IMG/VR virus record: IMGVR_UViG_3300048591_000147 | Span: 1 to 64,000 of that record | Reading direction: 5' to 3' (one strand) | Length of the DNA: 64,000 nt | Shown: one piece after another, positions 29,617 through 41,079 of the stretch | Position numbering within the stretch: the first letter of the stretch is position 1 | Layout of the letters: every line of letters starts with the position of its first letter | Translations under genes and position numbers: made by a program | Notes under the pieces: model-generated | Database searches by the model: none | Seen by the model: the letters and a program-made list of their open reading frames with translations, nothing else | Told to the model about the DNA's origin: nothing

Positions 29617-29784
29617 ATGAAGACTATCAATGAAATACTCTCAGGAGGTTGTAAACCCGGTGAGTTAGTGGTACTATTTGCGAATCCTAGCACTGGTAAG
29701 TCAATTTGGAAAGAATTACAAATGGCGAAGTGCTTGGCTGAAGCTGACTCACAACAACCCTCAAATGAGAATGACGATGGATAA
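29617..29784 (+). CDS. Mini-protein resembling a DnaB Walker-A fragment
   Basis: LSGGCKPGELVVLFANPSTGKS. Confidence 0.4.
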   Translation: MKTINEILSGGCKPGELVVLFANPSTGKSIWKELQMAKCLAEADSQQPSNENDDG

Positions 29785-30248
29785 TAATGTGCTAGCTGGT
29801 GGTTTACTTGGCGCATTCATGTTGAAGCATTTGTATGATGAAAACGTCAAACGTGACGAGTTAAACAATCAGCGAATTGTTAACGCAGTCCTCAGTATCA
29901 AGCCGATTGAAGACGTAGTGACTCCAGCAGAGGAAATTTACGAAGCTCCTAAATCTGTCTGGCCATTCGTATAAACCATAAAAGGATAAATGCTATGAGA
30001 GTTTATGAGAAAGACCCGGAATTTCACTATACGGTGTTTGGTAACTCCGTACAGATTAAAGAACAGTGCGAGCATTGGAAAATGGTAGAGCATAAAGAAA
30101 GGCTAGAAGCGGCATGCGAACAAGCATACCAAGTCGTTGGGTTAATTGCGTTGGAAGATAGTGAGCGTTTTAAGAGTTTAAAAACACTACTTGACAATCT
30201 TCTTGCAGCGATGAATAATAGACCACTACCACATTCGGATGTACTACC

Positions 30249-30647
30249 ATGGTCCAAGAAGTCATAACGATACAAAATTTTGAGAAATTCACGGGGCAGG
30301 AAGTCTTTGATTACGTGGTTTCGAAAATCTTTGGACAGGGTGAGCCAGCTTTCGATAACGAACGTGGAATATGTTGTTATCGATTAGGTGATCTGAAATG
30401 CGCCGCTGGACATCTAATACCAGACTCAATGTATAGTCTACATCTAGAAAGTTTTGATTGGCTTAAATTGGTAGCTCTTAAGAGAGTACCTGATGCTCAT
30501 TGCCAACTGATTAAACAGTTACAATCAACGCATGATACGGTTGCCATAAATTTCTCAGGCGAATTATTTTTGAAAAAATTTGATTACTGGTGTGGTGATC
30601 TCGCAAGAGACAATAATTTAACGTATGTGAGAAAATATGAAGACTAA
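30249..30647 (+). CDS. KCAAGHLI-family hypothetical protein 1
   Basis: QEVFDYV..C.Y....KCAAGHLIPD..QLQ..HD. Confidence 0.65.
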   Translation: MVQEVITIQNFEKFTGQEVFDYVVSKIFGQGEPAFDNERGICCYRLGDLKCAAGHLIPDSMYSLHLESFDWLKLVALKRVPDAHCQLIKQLQSTHDTVAINFSGELFLKKFDYWCGDLARDNNLTYVRKYED

Positions 30648-31029
30648 AACTATAACAATAAATAATTTACACGAATTCACAGAACAAGAAGTTTTTGATT
30701 ATGTGGTTGAAAAGACCTTTCAACAAGGTGTACCGTCTTATAACGCGAAAGAACATCGTTGTTATTATAGACTTAATGGACTTAAATGTGCTGCTGGCCA
30801 TTTAATACCAGACGATTTTGATGTCGGATTGCTTTCCAATAGCACTTGGACTACACTAGTCCAAGACGGTTATGTTCCAGTCGTTCATAGTTGTTTGATA
30901 CAGCAATTACAAATCGCACACGATAGTGCCGCGATCAGGTCCGTACCATTTTTGCGTGGAATTGATGCCCGTTTGGCACAAGTAGCCGAAGATTTTAACC
31001 TCACCTATGAGCGAAAATATGAAGACTAA
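30637..31029 (+). CDS. KCAAGHLI-family hypothetical protein 2
   Basis: Same motifs. Confidence 0.65.
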   Translation: MKTKTITINNLHEFTEQEVFDYVVEKTFQQGVPSYNAKEHRCYYRLNGLKCAAGHLIPDDFDVGLLSNSTWTTLVQDGYVPVVHSCLIQQLQIAHDSAAIRSVPFLRGIDARLAQVAEDFNLTYERKYED

Positions 31030-31288
31030 AATTATAACAACAGAAAATCTTGATGAAGTTACGGCTCAGGAAGTTTTTGATTATGTCACAGGTAAGGTTA
31101 TAGAACAGGGTAAGCCTTCTATAGATTTAGAACGTGATACATGCGTGTATAATGACGGCAAATTACGGTGTGCTGCCGGTCATCTTATCCCAAGTTCAGT
31201 GAATACCAAGAAATGGGACTCTCATATGTATACATGGCTTCAACTTATTGAACAGGATCTAGTACCTGACAATCATTGTGATCTGTAA
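31007..31288 (+). pseudogene. KCAAGHLI-family copy 3, C-terminally truncated
   Basis: Stops before the LQ..HD motif present in the other copies. Confidence 0.5.
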
Positions 31289-31335
31289 AATGTTGAAGGA
31301 AAAGTTCAATATTGATGCTCAAATCATCAGCTTAG

Positions 31336-31599
31336 ATGATGGGGAAGATTCGACTAGATTTGAAGATTACACAAAATTTAAACTGCGTGGTAATTGGCAG
31401 ATCAAAGAGGCACAACTCGCACGAGCATCTATTGATGACTGAACCATGCCCATATTGTTCTCGGGCAATTCTAATCGGGGACGGTTGGAGTATACATGCT
31501 CGCATCATAAAGTGCCCGCATTGTAGGAAAAAGATTTCATTACTGTGGGATGAAGATGGCTCTGGAGAAGGTTGGTTCTATTTTGAAAAGGAAGAGTAA
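31336..31599 (+). CDS. Zn-ribbon protein
   Basis: CPYC...CPHC. Confidence 0.5.
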   Translation: MMGKIRLDLKITQNLNCVVIGRSKRHNSHEHLLMTEPCPYCSRAILIGDGWSIHARIIKCPHCRKKISLLWDEDGSGEGWFYFEKEE

Positions 31600-32093
31600 T
31601 GAGATTAAATGAAGTGCATGATGAAGATGCCAAGGTCATATGCGGGTTTCCCGGAGTAGGAAAGACAACACTATATAAAGAATTGAAAGATACTAAAGCT
31701 AAAGTATTGGATTCTGATAGCAGTCAGTTCGACAAAAAAGAATTCCCCGACAATTATATAAAGCATATAAAAGAGTCTACCAAAAAGGGATACACTGTGT
31801 TAGCATCATCTCACGATGTTGTGAGAGATGCGTTAATACAGAACAAAATACCGTTTATTCTGGTTTACCCTTCGGCAGAATTGAAAGAAGAATACCTGAA
31901 ACGTTACGCTGATCGTGGAAGTCCTACCCCATTCATTACCTTATTAGAAAAGAATTGGGATAAATGGATTGGAGAGTGTGATTCAATTAAAAACGATTTA
32001 GTTAAAAAGATAAAGTTAAAAGCTGGCGAGTATATTTCACTGGACAAGATCAACGAAAAAGGTGATAATGATGGACGATCAAGCAAAAATTAA
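31599..32093 (+). CDS. P-loop nucleoside/nucleotide kinase-like protein
   Basis: VICGFPGVGKTT, LDSDSS, YADRG. Confidence 0.7.
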   Translation: MRLNEVHDEDAKVICGFPGVGKTTLYKELKDTKAKVLDSDSSQFDKKEFPDNYIKHIKESTKKGYTVLASSHDVVRDALIQNKIPFILVYPSAELKEEYLKRYADRGSPTPFITLLEKNWDKWIGECDSIKNDLVKKIKLKAGEYISLDKINEKGDNDGRSSKN

Positions 32094-32627
32094 ACAATTT
32101 CTTGACTTGTTTGAGAAGCGCACTAAGACCTCTGATAGCTATGCTTCTAGGGCTTTGTATAAATTGCTTAGAGAATATGAATCAAAGCTACCAAATATTG
32201 ATGACTACTTCCATAAAGCATTCCGCCAGATAGATGTTACCGACAGTGGCAATATCGACATGGCTATTTGGCTACTGATCAATGAATCGGATGATTTCTG
32301 GTATTGTTATGGTGTTGTTAATAAAGATAAACCAGAAGAGGATGCAATAGTATGAGTATGTCAATGCGTGTTGTGGGATTAATCCCAGTAGATGGTAGAT
32401 GGCGAGCAATGAAGGCTGTTTGGGATTCTTGTCTACAATTAAAAATCGAACCACCAGTTGAAGTTGTAAATTTTTTTGAGGGGGAATACCCCGAAGAAGA
32501 AGAGTCCACAGTCACATCATTGGATTATGTCAGAAAATATAATTCTGAGATGCGCGAGGGTCTAGAAGTAGACTTAAAGCATGTGCCAAAAGATGTACAG
32601 ACGATCAGATTCTATTGCTCATGGTAA
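32062..32627 (+). CDS. Two hypothetical proteins (32062..32355, 32352..32627)
   Basis: Overlapping ORFs. Confidence 0.5.
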
Positions 32628-33021
32628 AACAATTATGAATATAACAACAAAAAACTTACACGAATACACAGAGCAGCAAATTTTTGATTATGTGGTAGAT
32701 AAACTATTTACTCAAAATAGAGCTAGTATTAATGAAGATGATCATTGCCAATATCGTGGTGAGAACGGTATTAAATGTGCTGCCGGTCATTTAATAGCAG
32801 ATGAGGATTATGATCGCTCGTTTGAAGGTGCTATCTGGAGTGAATTGGTTGATAATGGTGATGTACCAAAGGAACATTTCAATTTGATTGGAAAATTACA
32901 ACAGATGCATGATTCTGTTGCATTTAACAATAGTGGGTGGTTCGCTAGCATGTTGGATTACGCTGCTGACGAATTGGCTTCAGAACTACATCTGAAATAT
33001 ACCAGAAAAAATTTCAGTTGA
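32581..33021 (+). CDS. KCAAGHLI-family hypothetical protein 4 (likely start MNITT)
   Basis: Same motifs. Confidence 0.65.
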   Translation: MCQKMYRRSDSIAHGKTIMNITTKNLHEYTEQQIFDYVVDKLFTQNRASINEDDHCQYRGENGIKCAAGHLIADEDYDRSFEGAIWSELVDNGDVPKEHFNLIGKLQQMHDSVAFNNSGWFASMLDYAADELASELHLKYTRKNFS

Positions 33022-33057
33022 CAGCAGCACTAAATAGATGTAAGATACACAAACTAA

Positions 33058-33136
33058 CTCGTTGTAACATTCAACTGGAAAGAATAAATCGCTACGAACG
33101 ATTTACGTGCAGGTTCGACTCCTGTCAACGGGGCCA
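33058..33136 (+). tRNA. tRNA-Arg(ACG)
   Basis: AATCG-CTACGAA-CGATT; CTCGTTG/CAACGGG; CCA; two extra nt before the D stem. Confidence 0.85.
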
Positions 33137-33151
33137 GAATTAAGAATATGT

Positions 33152-33226
33152 AGCGGTGAAGCTAAATGGTCAAGCACGGTCCTTTGAAGTCCGTATTAGA
33201 AAGTTCGATTCTTTCCACCGTTGCCA
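33152..33226 (+). tRNA. tRNA-Gln(TTG)
   Basis: CGGTC-CTTTGAA-GTCCG (one U-U), G73, CCA. Confidence 0.85.
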
Positions 33227-33240
33227 AAATTAGAAGTAAT

Positions 33241-33316
33241 GCCACTGTAGCTCAATTGCTAGAGCTTCTGAGTGAAGATCAGAGAGTTGGAGGTTGGAGT
33301 CCTCTCGGTGGCACCA
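33241..33316 (+). tRNA. tRNA-Phe(GAA)
   Basis: TCTGA-GTGAAGA-TCAGA, A73, CCA; atypical G32 and TTG T-loop. Confidence 0.82.
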
Positions 33317-33325
33317 AAATTCAAT

Positions 33326-33396
33326 GCGGGTATGGTATAGTGGTTGTGCCGTAGCCTTCCAAGCTTCAGACGCGGTTTCGATTACCGCTACCCGCT
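33326..33396 (+). tRNA. tRNA-Gly(TCC)
   Basis: GCGGGTA/TACCCGC, CTTCCAA loop, U73; CCA not encoded. Confidence 0.88.
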
Positions 33397-33437
33397 AGTT
33401 TTCAAAACGTATAAATACATAGAAATGAGAATTTTCT

Positions 33438-34313
33438 ATGAAAGTTTATACCGTATATAAAACCACAAACATCGTAAATAACAAATATTATATCGGCGTA
33501 CATAAGACTGCCAATCCAAATGATGATTATCTTGGTTCTGGCACCGTCTTCAAGTTAGCAATCAAAAAATACGGAAAACAAAACTTCAAAAAAGAAGTTT
33601 TGTTTGTATTTGATGATTTAAAAGACGCATATGAAAAAGAATATGAATTAGTTAATGAAGCATTTGTAAAATGTGAAGATAATTATAACTTGCACATTGG
33701 TGGGTCTGGTGGATTAGCTTTTGAATACATCAACAATGATGTTGAATTTAGAAAAGCAAAGAATAGAAAAGCCCAAGCCGCCATGATAGCTACTGGATAT
33801 TATAAAACACCAGAACATAAAGCTAAAATGTCTGAGTTAAGGAAACAAGAATATAAAGAAGGTAAAAGAGTAGTTAATCCAGAATTTCCAAATGCTTTTA
33901 AAGGAAAGAAACATTCTGAAGAAACTTTAAGAAAAATGAGTGAGTCATCGAAAGGTGTAACTGCGGGGGAGAAAAATTCGCAGTTTGGCACTAGATGGTG
34001 TAATGATGGCGTGAATAATATCAAAATATCCAAGGGTGGGGAAATTCCAGAAGGCTACCACTTGGGTAAAGTTAAACTGGCTAAAGAGCAGCGCAAGCCG
34101 CGTATAGTAAAGTCACAAAAGAAACATGATAATTATGATTTTGGTGCACCAAGAAGAAAAGCTACAATAGAAGATATTAAAATTGCATTATTAAAACATG
34201 ATAAAAACATAAACGATGCGATGGTTAGTTTAGGATATAAAGCGAATAGTTCAGGCAACTCTAGATATAGATTTGAAAAGGTGTTAAAAGCACTTGACAT
34301 CAGCACTAAATAG
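33438..34313 (+). CDS. GIY-YIG homing endonuclease (Seg-like, NUMOD3)
   Basis: TVYKTTN..NNKYYIGVH..YLGSG; KHSEET..KMS; TATAAATA at 33410. Confidence 0.9.
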   Translation: MKVYTVYKTTNIVNNKYYIGVHKTANPNDDYLGSGTVFKLAIKKYGKQNFKKEVLFVFDDLKDAYEKEYELVNEAFVKCEDNYNLHIGGSGGLAFEYINNDVEFRKAKNRKAQAAMIATGYYKTPEHKAKMSELRKQEYKEGKRVVNPEFPNAFKGKKHSEETLRKMSESSKGVTAGEKNSQFGTRWCNDGVNNIKISKGGEIPEGYHLGKVKLAKEQRKPRIVKSQKKHDNYDFGAPRRKATIEDIKIALLKHDKNINDAMVSLGYKANSSGNSRYRFEKVLKALDISTK

Positions 34314-34336
34314 AAGTATCATAGCAACATATCAAT

Positions 34337-34423
34337 TGGATCGTCACCCAGTGGACGAAGGTAGCGGGCTTTTAACCCGATTGCGAAAGCACAACGTGGG
34401 TTCGAATCCCACCGATCCAACCA
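34337..34423 (+). tRNA. tRNA with Lys(TTT) anticodon and long variable arm
   Basis: TGGATCG/CGATCCA, GCGGG-CTTTTAA-CCCGA, 15-nt V arm TTGCGAAAGCACAAC, CCA. Confidence 0.85.
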
Positions 34424-34450
34424 TTTTATCCCTCCAAAAATAAAGCCGCC

Positions 34451-35361
34451 ATGCGCATAGTCATCGAAATTCCTGACGACCAAGTTCCACCATCCTTTAT
34501 TACGCCACTATACCCTTCCGGTTATGCCGAGGATAATTTACACGATCTATTAATAAATAATTCCGCATTACACATATTTGATAATAAGATGTTGATGACG
34601 ATATCACAGGATGTCGCAGACGATCATAAATTAGCATATAAAGATGCATGTGATGCTCATTTAGCATTCCTAAAACTCTTACAACAAAACATGAGAATAG
34701 AGTCAGGCGACTCTAAAGAGAAAGTTCTGATTGACGGCTTGACTGAGGTAGCGAAGGATTGGTATGATGGTTGTCCTAAGTCGATGAACTTTGTTTCAAG
34801 AACCCTTAAACTCCTTAAAACATATATGGGAAACCCAAAATGAGTGCTGCATTACAAGTTGGAAAAGCCATTGATATTCTTTCAAAATATGAAGAAATCT
34901 CTATTGCTGCTGATCATGATGAAATTTATTTAGGTGTTGGGTATGAGAATACCGTTTCATTGGAAGATGAAACCGCTTTGAAAGAACTCGGTTTTCGAGA
35001 GAATAGTCACAATTATTGGCGCAAGTACATTTGACAGTGGCCGAATGGTCAGGTAAGATACATCCACACTAAATAGGATACACCAATGTTTTTCTTATCA
35101 GCGTTTTTGATATTCTTGACTGTAGTGTTTTTTATAGCGACTCTGAACTCGTACAAATACGATCTTGTCTATATGATATTAACAGTCGTCTTGCTAATAT
35201 CAAGTCTGATGGCTCTAGACATCGCTATGACAGAGCGGTCGTGCACAGTAACGTGGAATATGTCAAATACACCATCACAGTATACAATTCTAACGGGTTG
35301 TATGATTAAAGTAGATGGTAAATGGATTCCTGCTAGAAATTACAGGGCATTCACAGATTAA
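34451..35361 (+). CDS. Hypothetical ORFs 34451..34843, 34840..35034, 35086..35361
   Basis: ORFs lying between the two tRNA-Lys copies. Confidence 0.5.
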
Positions 35362-35366
35362 TTTAA

Positions 35367-35479
35367 TGGATCGTCACCCAGTGGACGAAGGTAGCGGGCT
35401 CTTAAAATACTTTTACGAGAGTATTTTGAAACCCGATTGCGAAAGCACAACGTGGGTTCGAATCCCACCGATCCAACCA
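35367..35479 (+). tRNA. Second copy of the long-V-arm tRNA-Lys, anticodon CTT, with a 26-nt hairpin insertion in the anticodon loop
   Basis: Identical to 34337..34423 outside the anticodon loop; insert 35403..35428. Confidence 0.85.
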
Positions 35480-35494
35480 ACTTACGAGTGATTT

Positions 35495-37950
35495 ATGAAG
35501 ATCGCACTAGTTCTCATGTTATACTTAGGCACTCAAAATCCTAAAATAGAAGTCATCCACGGGTTTAAACGCATGGATGTGTGTAATACGGCAGGCGAAA
35601 GAATCTTGGCCAAAAGAAATCCAGCACTAAATGATTTCGCCTGTATTATCATCGACAATAACAACCTTGTAGAACAGGAATAAGACATGTTAATCTTGGG
35701 TTTAATTTGTATCATCGTTGGTGGTTATTTATTTCTATATAACGTTAATAACGAGTATAATAGCAGCATTCTCCCAGAGGTAATGGGCATAATTATGGTA
35801 TTTCTTGGAATGCTTTTTACCACTATTGGTGCTGATAAACAGCGCTGTTATGATAAATGGGAAGAGAGTAATATCGAATTTAAATACCAAGGTATGTGTA
35901 AAGTGAAAGTTAATGGTGTCTGGATGCCTGACAAACACTATCACGTATATGATAACAACCAGATTGAGGCAAAGTAATGAAAGTCATCATGGCATGGATT
36001 TTTTTATTTATTGTAGGTTTTGGACTCTATTACAAAGATCTAGGGTATTTCCAAGAAACTAACAGGGCTTGTATCGTCCTAGACAAGTTAGAATCGACTC
36101 ACATTGGAAAGTACACCGCAACCAATGAGTTCATTTTAGTATTAAGACTACCAGACAATACCGTGACAGACCTTGAGGTTCGCCCTCACGTCTGGTCCCA
36201 GACTAAGGAAGGTGACACATTATACTTCTTATTGTCAGATTTCGAACTACACCGCGATGGGTGGAAGTTCTTCCCCCATTTTTTCGGAATATGTTTGATG
36301 CTGATAAGTGGTATTATGACCTTGTCTCACATCGCTGTAAATAGTTATAGGAAGTTCTCCTGAAATGGCGACAGCACAAAACATGGTCGGATATAAACTT
36401 TTTAGAAAGCGTGTTGACGGCACCTACGGTCCTCTTTTTATCAATAAAAAATTGCAGATGGTGAAAGATGTTGTATATCATGCAGAAGAGCACAGAACAA
36501 AGGGATACGCTTATCGTCCCGGCTGGCATATATGTAGAACTCCTGACGCGCCACACCTATCGACAAAAGGTAGAGTGTGGTGTATGGTAGAGTTTGAGCA
36601 TAAGCAGACACTGAATAGACCAGCACATCAAGGTGGAATTTGGTATCTCGGCAACACGATTAAAATTATAAAGGAAGTATGATTCGTGAAATACAATATT
36701 AAAGAAATGGTAAAGGATAACAAGAGAGTTAAATTCTGTTATTACAGAAGCGGTGAACTCTTTTATAAAACTGAATGCGGCTTCATGTTTCCAGTCCCAG
36801 TAAGTGATACCGGCAACGGAGTCTTTCTGGATGAAGACAAAGCAATGTTCTTTATGCGATATATCCGCAAACAGGTCCAAGCTATTAAAGATGACAACAA
36901 CGAGTTTGAATCGATCAAAGATGCTACACCATTGACACAAGATGAAAGCTTAAAGGTTTTGAGGTCTGCTGGCGTCATCAATGATAAAAACGAATTGACC
37001 GAAACATTCGGTGGTGTTGGAATGGTCACGGAATAAACTGGAGAAATAAGATGAGTAGAAATATTTGGATTGTTATGTCTGTCGTGATGTTAGTGTGTGG
37101 TATAATTCAAGCTCTTAGTTATTTCACCGGAAACTCCCTTGCGCTTGTCCAAGCATTTGCATCCTTTACATTTTCTTATGCGATGAATATTCAAGTTCAA
37201 GTATATGATCTGCGTGAAAAACTCGCAAAATTAAGTTTGTAAATATTTGGAGATATAATAATCATGTTTAGAGGCGTAGACGGTATAGGTTATAGCAACG
37301 AAAAGAAGAAATGGTTTATTTACAACACTTCTGTTGACTATGACGCAATTGAAAGAAATGAAAATTACTTTCCGAAACTCCGCAGAGAGATGGAATATAC
37401 CGTATATTTCGATAAGTTTGAAGACGCATCCATTGAGCTTGGTATTATTCAAGAAAAATATAAGGGTAGCCTATAAAGATGCGTAATTTGGTTATCTCTC
37501 CAAAGGAACTATCCATCTTAGGTGTGATTGCAATGAAGCCTAAAGTTGATCCCGATATTATAGAAAAAGAGATAGGACAAATCGAGTTAGGCACTGATGC
37601 CACTATAGTTGCTAATATAATGATTCAACAAATGCGTAAAGTTCCAGTAGCCGCTGATAGAAAATATATAAACCTTGCAAATGCTATTAGGGCTTGGGCC
37701 GAAGCAATGCGTAACATGAAAAATAGGAGAGAATATTATGGGTGATATGTTAGTAATACATGCGTACAATCCAGAAAAACGGGCTGGAGAGGTTCTAATC
37801 GACGATTTTGAAGTAGCGTCTACCGATTACGATGCAACAGGGTGGGCGGGATTAGCTTTGCTCGAAGAATTGGCCAATAATCTTGCAACCTATTTCGGTG
37901 TGACAGTCACTGATCGCGACACGGGTGGATGTGAAGAAGAAAGTGAATAG
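35495..37950 (+). CDS. Run of small hypothetical/membrane ORFs (35495, 35687, 35977, 36365, 36686, 37051, 37264, 37479, 37738)
   Basis: Tightly packed + strand ORFs with RBS. Confidence 0.5.
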
Positions 37951-38009
37951 TTGAAGTAGTCAATCATAGCTGGTATGATTCCCACCACACAATCAAAAAG
38001 GATATAACC

Positions 38010-38525
38010 ATGTCACTCATTTATACTCTATTCATCATATTCGTCATCGGTTGTCTGATCTATTATTTCTTTTCTCTCAGAAATCAAAAGAGTGATTTGG
38101 ACAAGTATAAAATTGCATTGGATGAATATGACAGGCATCTAGAAGAATGCTCAAGAGCTATGGCGCAGCAATACAAGCATACGGTGACAACAATCACCAC
38201 GACTGCGGAACAACCTGCTAATACGCCTGCGAAGAAGGCTAAAAAAGCACCTACGAAGGTGTATGCGGCTAAAAGTGCTCCATACTCGTATGATCGTTCA
38301 AAATCTAATGCAAATAGCAACAACAACGCTGACAATAATATTATTCAATTCCCATATGTGCATCATGCGGTAGTTGATGACGATTCGTGCAAGACTTCAA
38401 ATTCCTCTAGACAATCCTGTGAGTCTCCTGTAGAATCATATTCTGGTTCCAGTTACTCAAGCGATAGTTCAAGTTCATCGTCTTGCGATTCTGGTGGTTC
38501 CTCATGTGGTGGCGGTGGAGATTGA
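38010..38525 (+). CDS. Membrane-anchored protein with Ser/Gly/Cys low-complexity tail
   Basis: N-terminal TM; ends SSSSSSCDSGGSSCGGGGD. Confidence 0.6.
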   Translation: MSLIYTLFIIFVIGCLIYYFFSLRNQKSDLDKYKIALDEYDRHLEECSRAMAQQYKHTVTTITTTAEQPANTPAKKAKKAPTKVYAAKSAPYSYDRSKSNANSNNNADNNIIQFPYVHHAVVDDDSCKTSNSSRQSCESPVESYSGSSYSSDSSSSSSCDSGGSSCGGGGD

Positions 38526-39180
38526 AATGTTTGACTTCGACCCCAGTGTTCGTCATTTCTTAAGCATAAGAAAGCGTCTTGGAGATGGTGGACCAGAATT
38601 TATCGCTTACCGTTATGGTAGCAGAGTTTATGGGACTGAATCATATGACTCAGACTATGATTATATCGTAGTCTCTGAAAAAGCAGAGGATGGTAAAGAA
38701 GAATATTTCTACGCTCAGCAGGATCAACTGAACGTTCATTATCATACGCCAGCACATTGGCAACAGATGGTGGACGATCATAAAATTTTCGCTTTGGAGA
38801 GTATCTTTCAATGTGAGCAATCACACCAATATAGAAAGAATTTTAAACTTGATCTAACCAAACTGCGCAAAGAGATTTCTGAAAAGTCAAATCATAGTTG
38901 GGTGAAGGCTAAGAAAAAATTACTGGTCGAACATGACTATAAGATCGGCTTGAAAAGCTTCTTCCATTCCTTTAGAATCATCATGTTCGGCTGTCAAATT
39001 GCAAGGGACGGTCACATTTATGATTATAAGATCGGGCATACCATATGGGAGCCTATCAAAGCCCTTATGCTTGAAATTAACGCGGATAACGTAGAAGAAA
39101 TCTACGCGAAATTGGTTATAGATTATAAGTGGTATCACAATAACCTCATGACAGAATTTAGGAAGTTGGCACCAAAATGA
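38494..39180 (+). CDS. Pol-beta-superfamily nucleotidyltransferase (likely start 38527)
   Basis: YGSRVYGTESYDSDYDYIVV (GS..DxD); helical C-terminus KS.FH.FRI. Confidence 0.8.
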   Translation: MVPHVVAVEIEMFDFDPSVRHFLSIRKRLGDGGPEFIAYRYGSRVYGTESYDSDYDYIVVSEKAEDGKEEYFYAQQDQLNVHYHTPAHWQQMVDDHKIFALESIFQCEQSHQYRKNFKLDLTKLRKEISEKSNHSWVKAKKKLLVEHDYKIGLKSFFHSFRIIMFGCQIARDGHIYDYKIGHTIWEPIKALMLEINADNVEEIYAKLVIDYKWYHNNLMTEFRKLAPK

Positions 39181-41078
39181 ACAAAGATGATATCAGATTA
39201 GGTATTTACTTAGTTCTCGGATTGCTATGTGGCAATCTACTTGCAGAATTCTTCATATACAAATTGAAAAAATCTCATGAGTATTGTAACGAGGACGGTT
39301 ATTGGGTTAAAACAGGTATGACAGGCAATCCAATTGGTATCGCCATAGACAAGAATGGTAAACAAATTACTTGCGAGTATAAAGTAGAGCGGTCCAATTG
39401 AAAACGTATTATACATTAAGCGATGATGGTAGTTGCATCAGAATACGTATAGATGATAATATAGTGGCAATTGTTGAAGACTACCACTATGGCGGTCATG
39501 TCCATGCGGCCATACTTCAGCTATTAGAAGAGCTAGAAGAAATGCACGAAACAGTTAAAATATACGAAGACAAGGAAATGTAAGATGGAACTTTTCAACA
39601 CAGTATTTACGGATGTATCATCCATTGCATTCTGGATGTATTGGACATCCGTAGTCCTATGCTTATACCATGCAGCAACACACTGGGCGTATTATTACAA
39701 AACGGATTTGGAACGATGTTACAGTTCTAACTATAGACCACGCTTGACCGTTGGATCAATCGTCGGAAAGACATTCGTGGCATTGATTCCTTTCGTTAAT
39801 AGTATATTAGCGGTGTTTGTAACCCTTGACCTCATATCTCTTGTGACGGCTAGATTAGATAGAGTATGGTCTTATGGTCTTATAAAAAAGAAACAACCAA
39901 TTACGAAGGACGCAGCACCGAATGCTTAATATAAAGAATTTGATTGCAATATATGATAAGATGCTTGATGGTTACGGCACAAAGACCAAAGCAGACCTTA
40001 ATAGTAAATATTTAACAGATCACGAGCGGTTGTCACATCTTATTTTCATGCTCGATAGTATGAAAACTGAGACTGACGAGGGAAAACTGAATCGATGGAT
40101 TGGCTTTATTCAGGGTGTGCTCTGGGCCAATAGCTGGTGTACCATTGATGATTTGCGCAAGCATGTCATTTCATGTACAATCCAACCAGAAACTAAATCA
40201 GCATTAGAGCAATGCTGGTTGGTAGAGCCACAGACTCCGGTTATTGACCTAGAAATGGATTAAATTTTATGAGCACAGAAGATAGAATTATGGTAATTCG
40301 CAACATCGAATTGGACGAAGGTGACAACTTGTTAGATATTTTAACAAAGTTGCCCAAGAATGTGTCGTATACGGACTTAAAATTAAAGACGTATGCTGAT
40401 AAGTATGGCGATTCAGATCGTGCGCAGGTTTGGTTTGAATATAAGAGTCTAGAAACAGACGAAGAATATGATACTAGAATCAGATTACAAAAGTTGCGTG
40501 CTACGCAGGAAGAAGAACGTGAAAAGCGTCAGCTAGAATATCTTAAATCTAAGTACGGGTAATGTCATGAGCGAAAAAGTAATGTTTAAGGATAGTATCA
40601 CATTAAATTATGGTGATACTATTGCTGATATTATGGAACGGATTCCGTCTGGCGTTGCTCCGCATGAAATTTATATAGAGTATGATCATGAAGAACGATT
40701 CGTAGCGCTTTCTTACACAAGACTAGAAACAGACGCAGAGATGCAGAAACGAATCGAACAGGAGACACGATTTAAGGAAACACGAAAAAATCGTGAAATC
40801 CAGCAATTAAAATACTTGATTTCTATACATGGAATACCAGAATGAGCACTGAGGGTAAAATCTACAAAGATATGTTCAATGATCCACCGGAACATGGTGA
40901 AGTAATTGCATACTACTTTGAGCCTTTTGAAAGTTGGCATATTGGAACATACCATGCACCAGAAGTCGGTGATAAGTATAGCGCCTGTGTCTCTGGTAAA
41001 AGTGGGTTTACAACAGTATATCATGAAGTGCCGTATTGGATTAGATTACCTAAATTTGATTTGACTGAGGAAGAATAA
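39177..41078 (+). CDS. Run of small hypothetical ORFs (39177, 39398, 39585, 39922, 40269, 40567, 40842)
   Basis: Packed ORFs; 40269 and 40567 are paralogs (LETD.E...RI). Confidence 0.5.
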
Positions 41079-41079
41079 T

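Noticed and set aside
30249-33021. Diversity-generating retroelement behind the paralog families
   Set aside because: No reverse transcriptase and no near-identical TR/VR pair with adenine-specific differences
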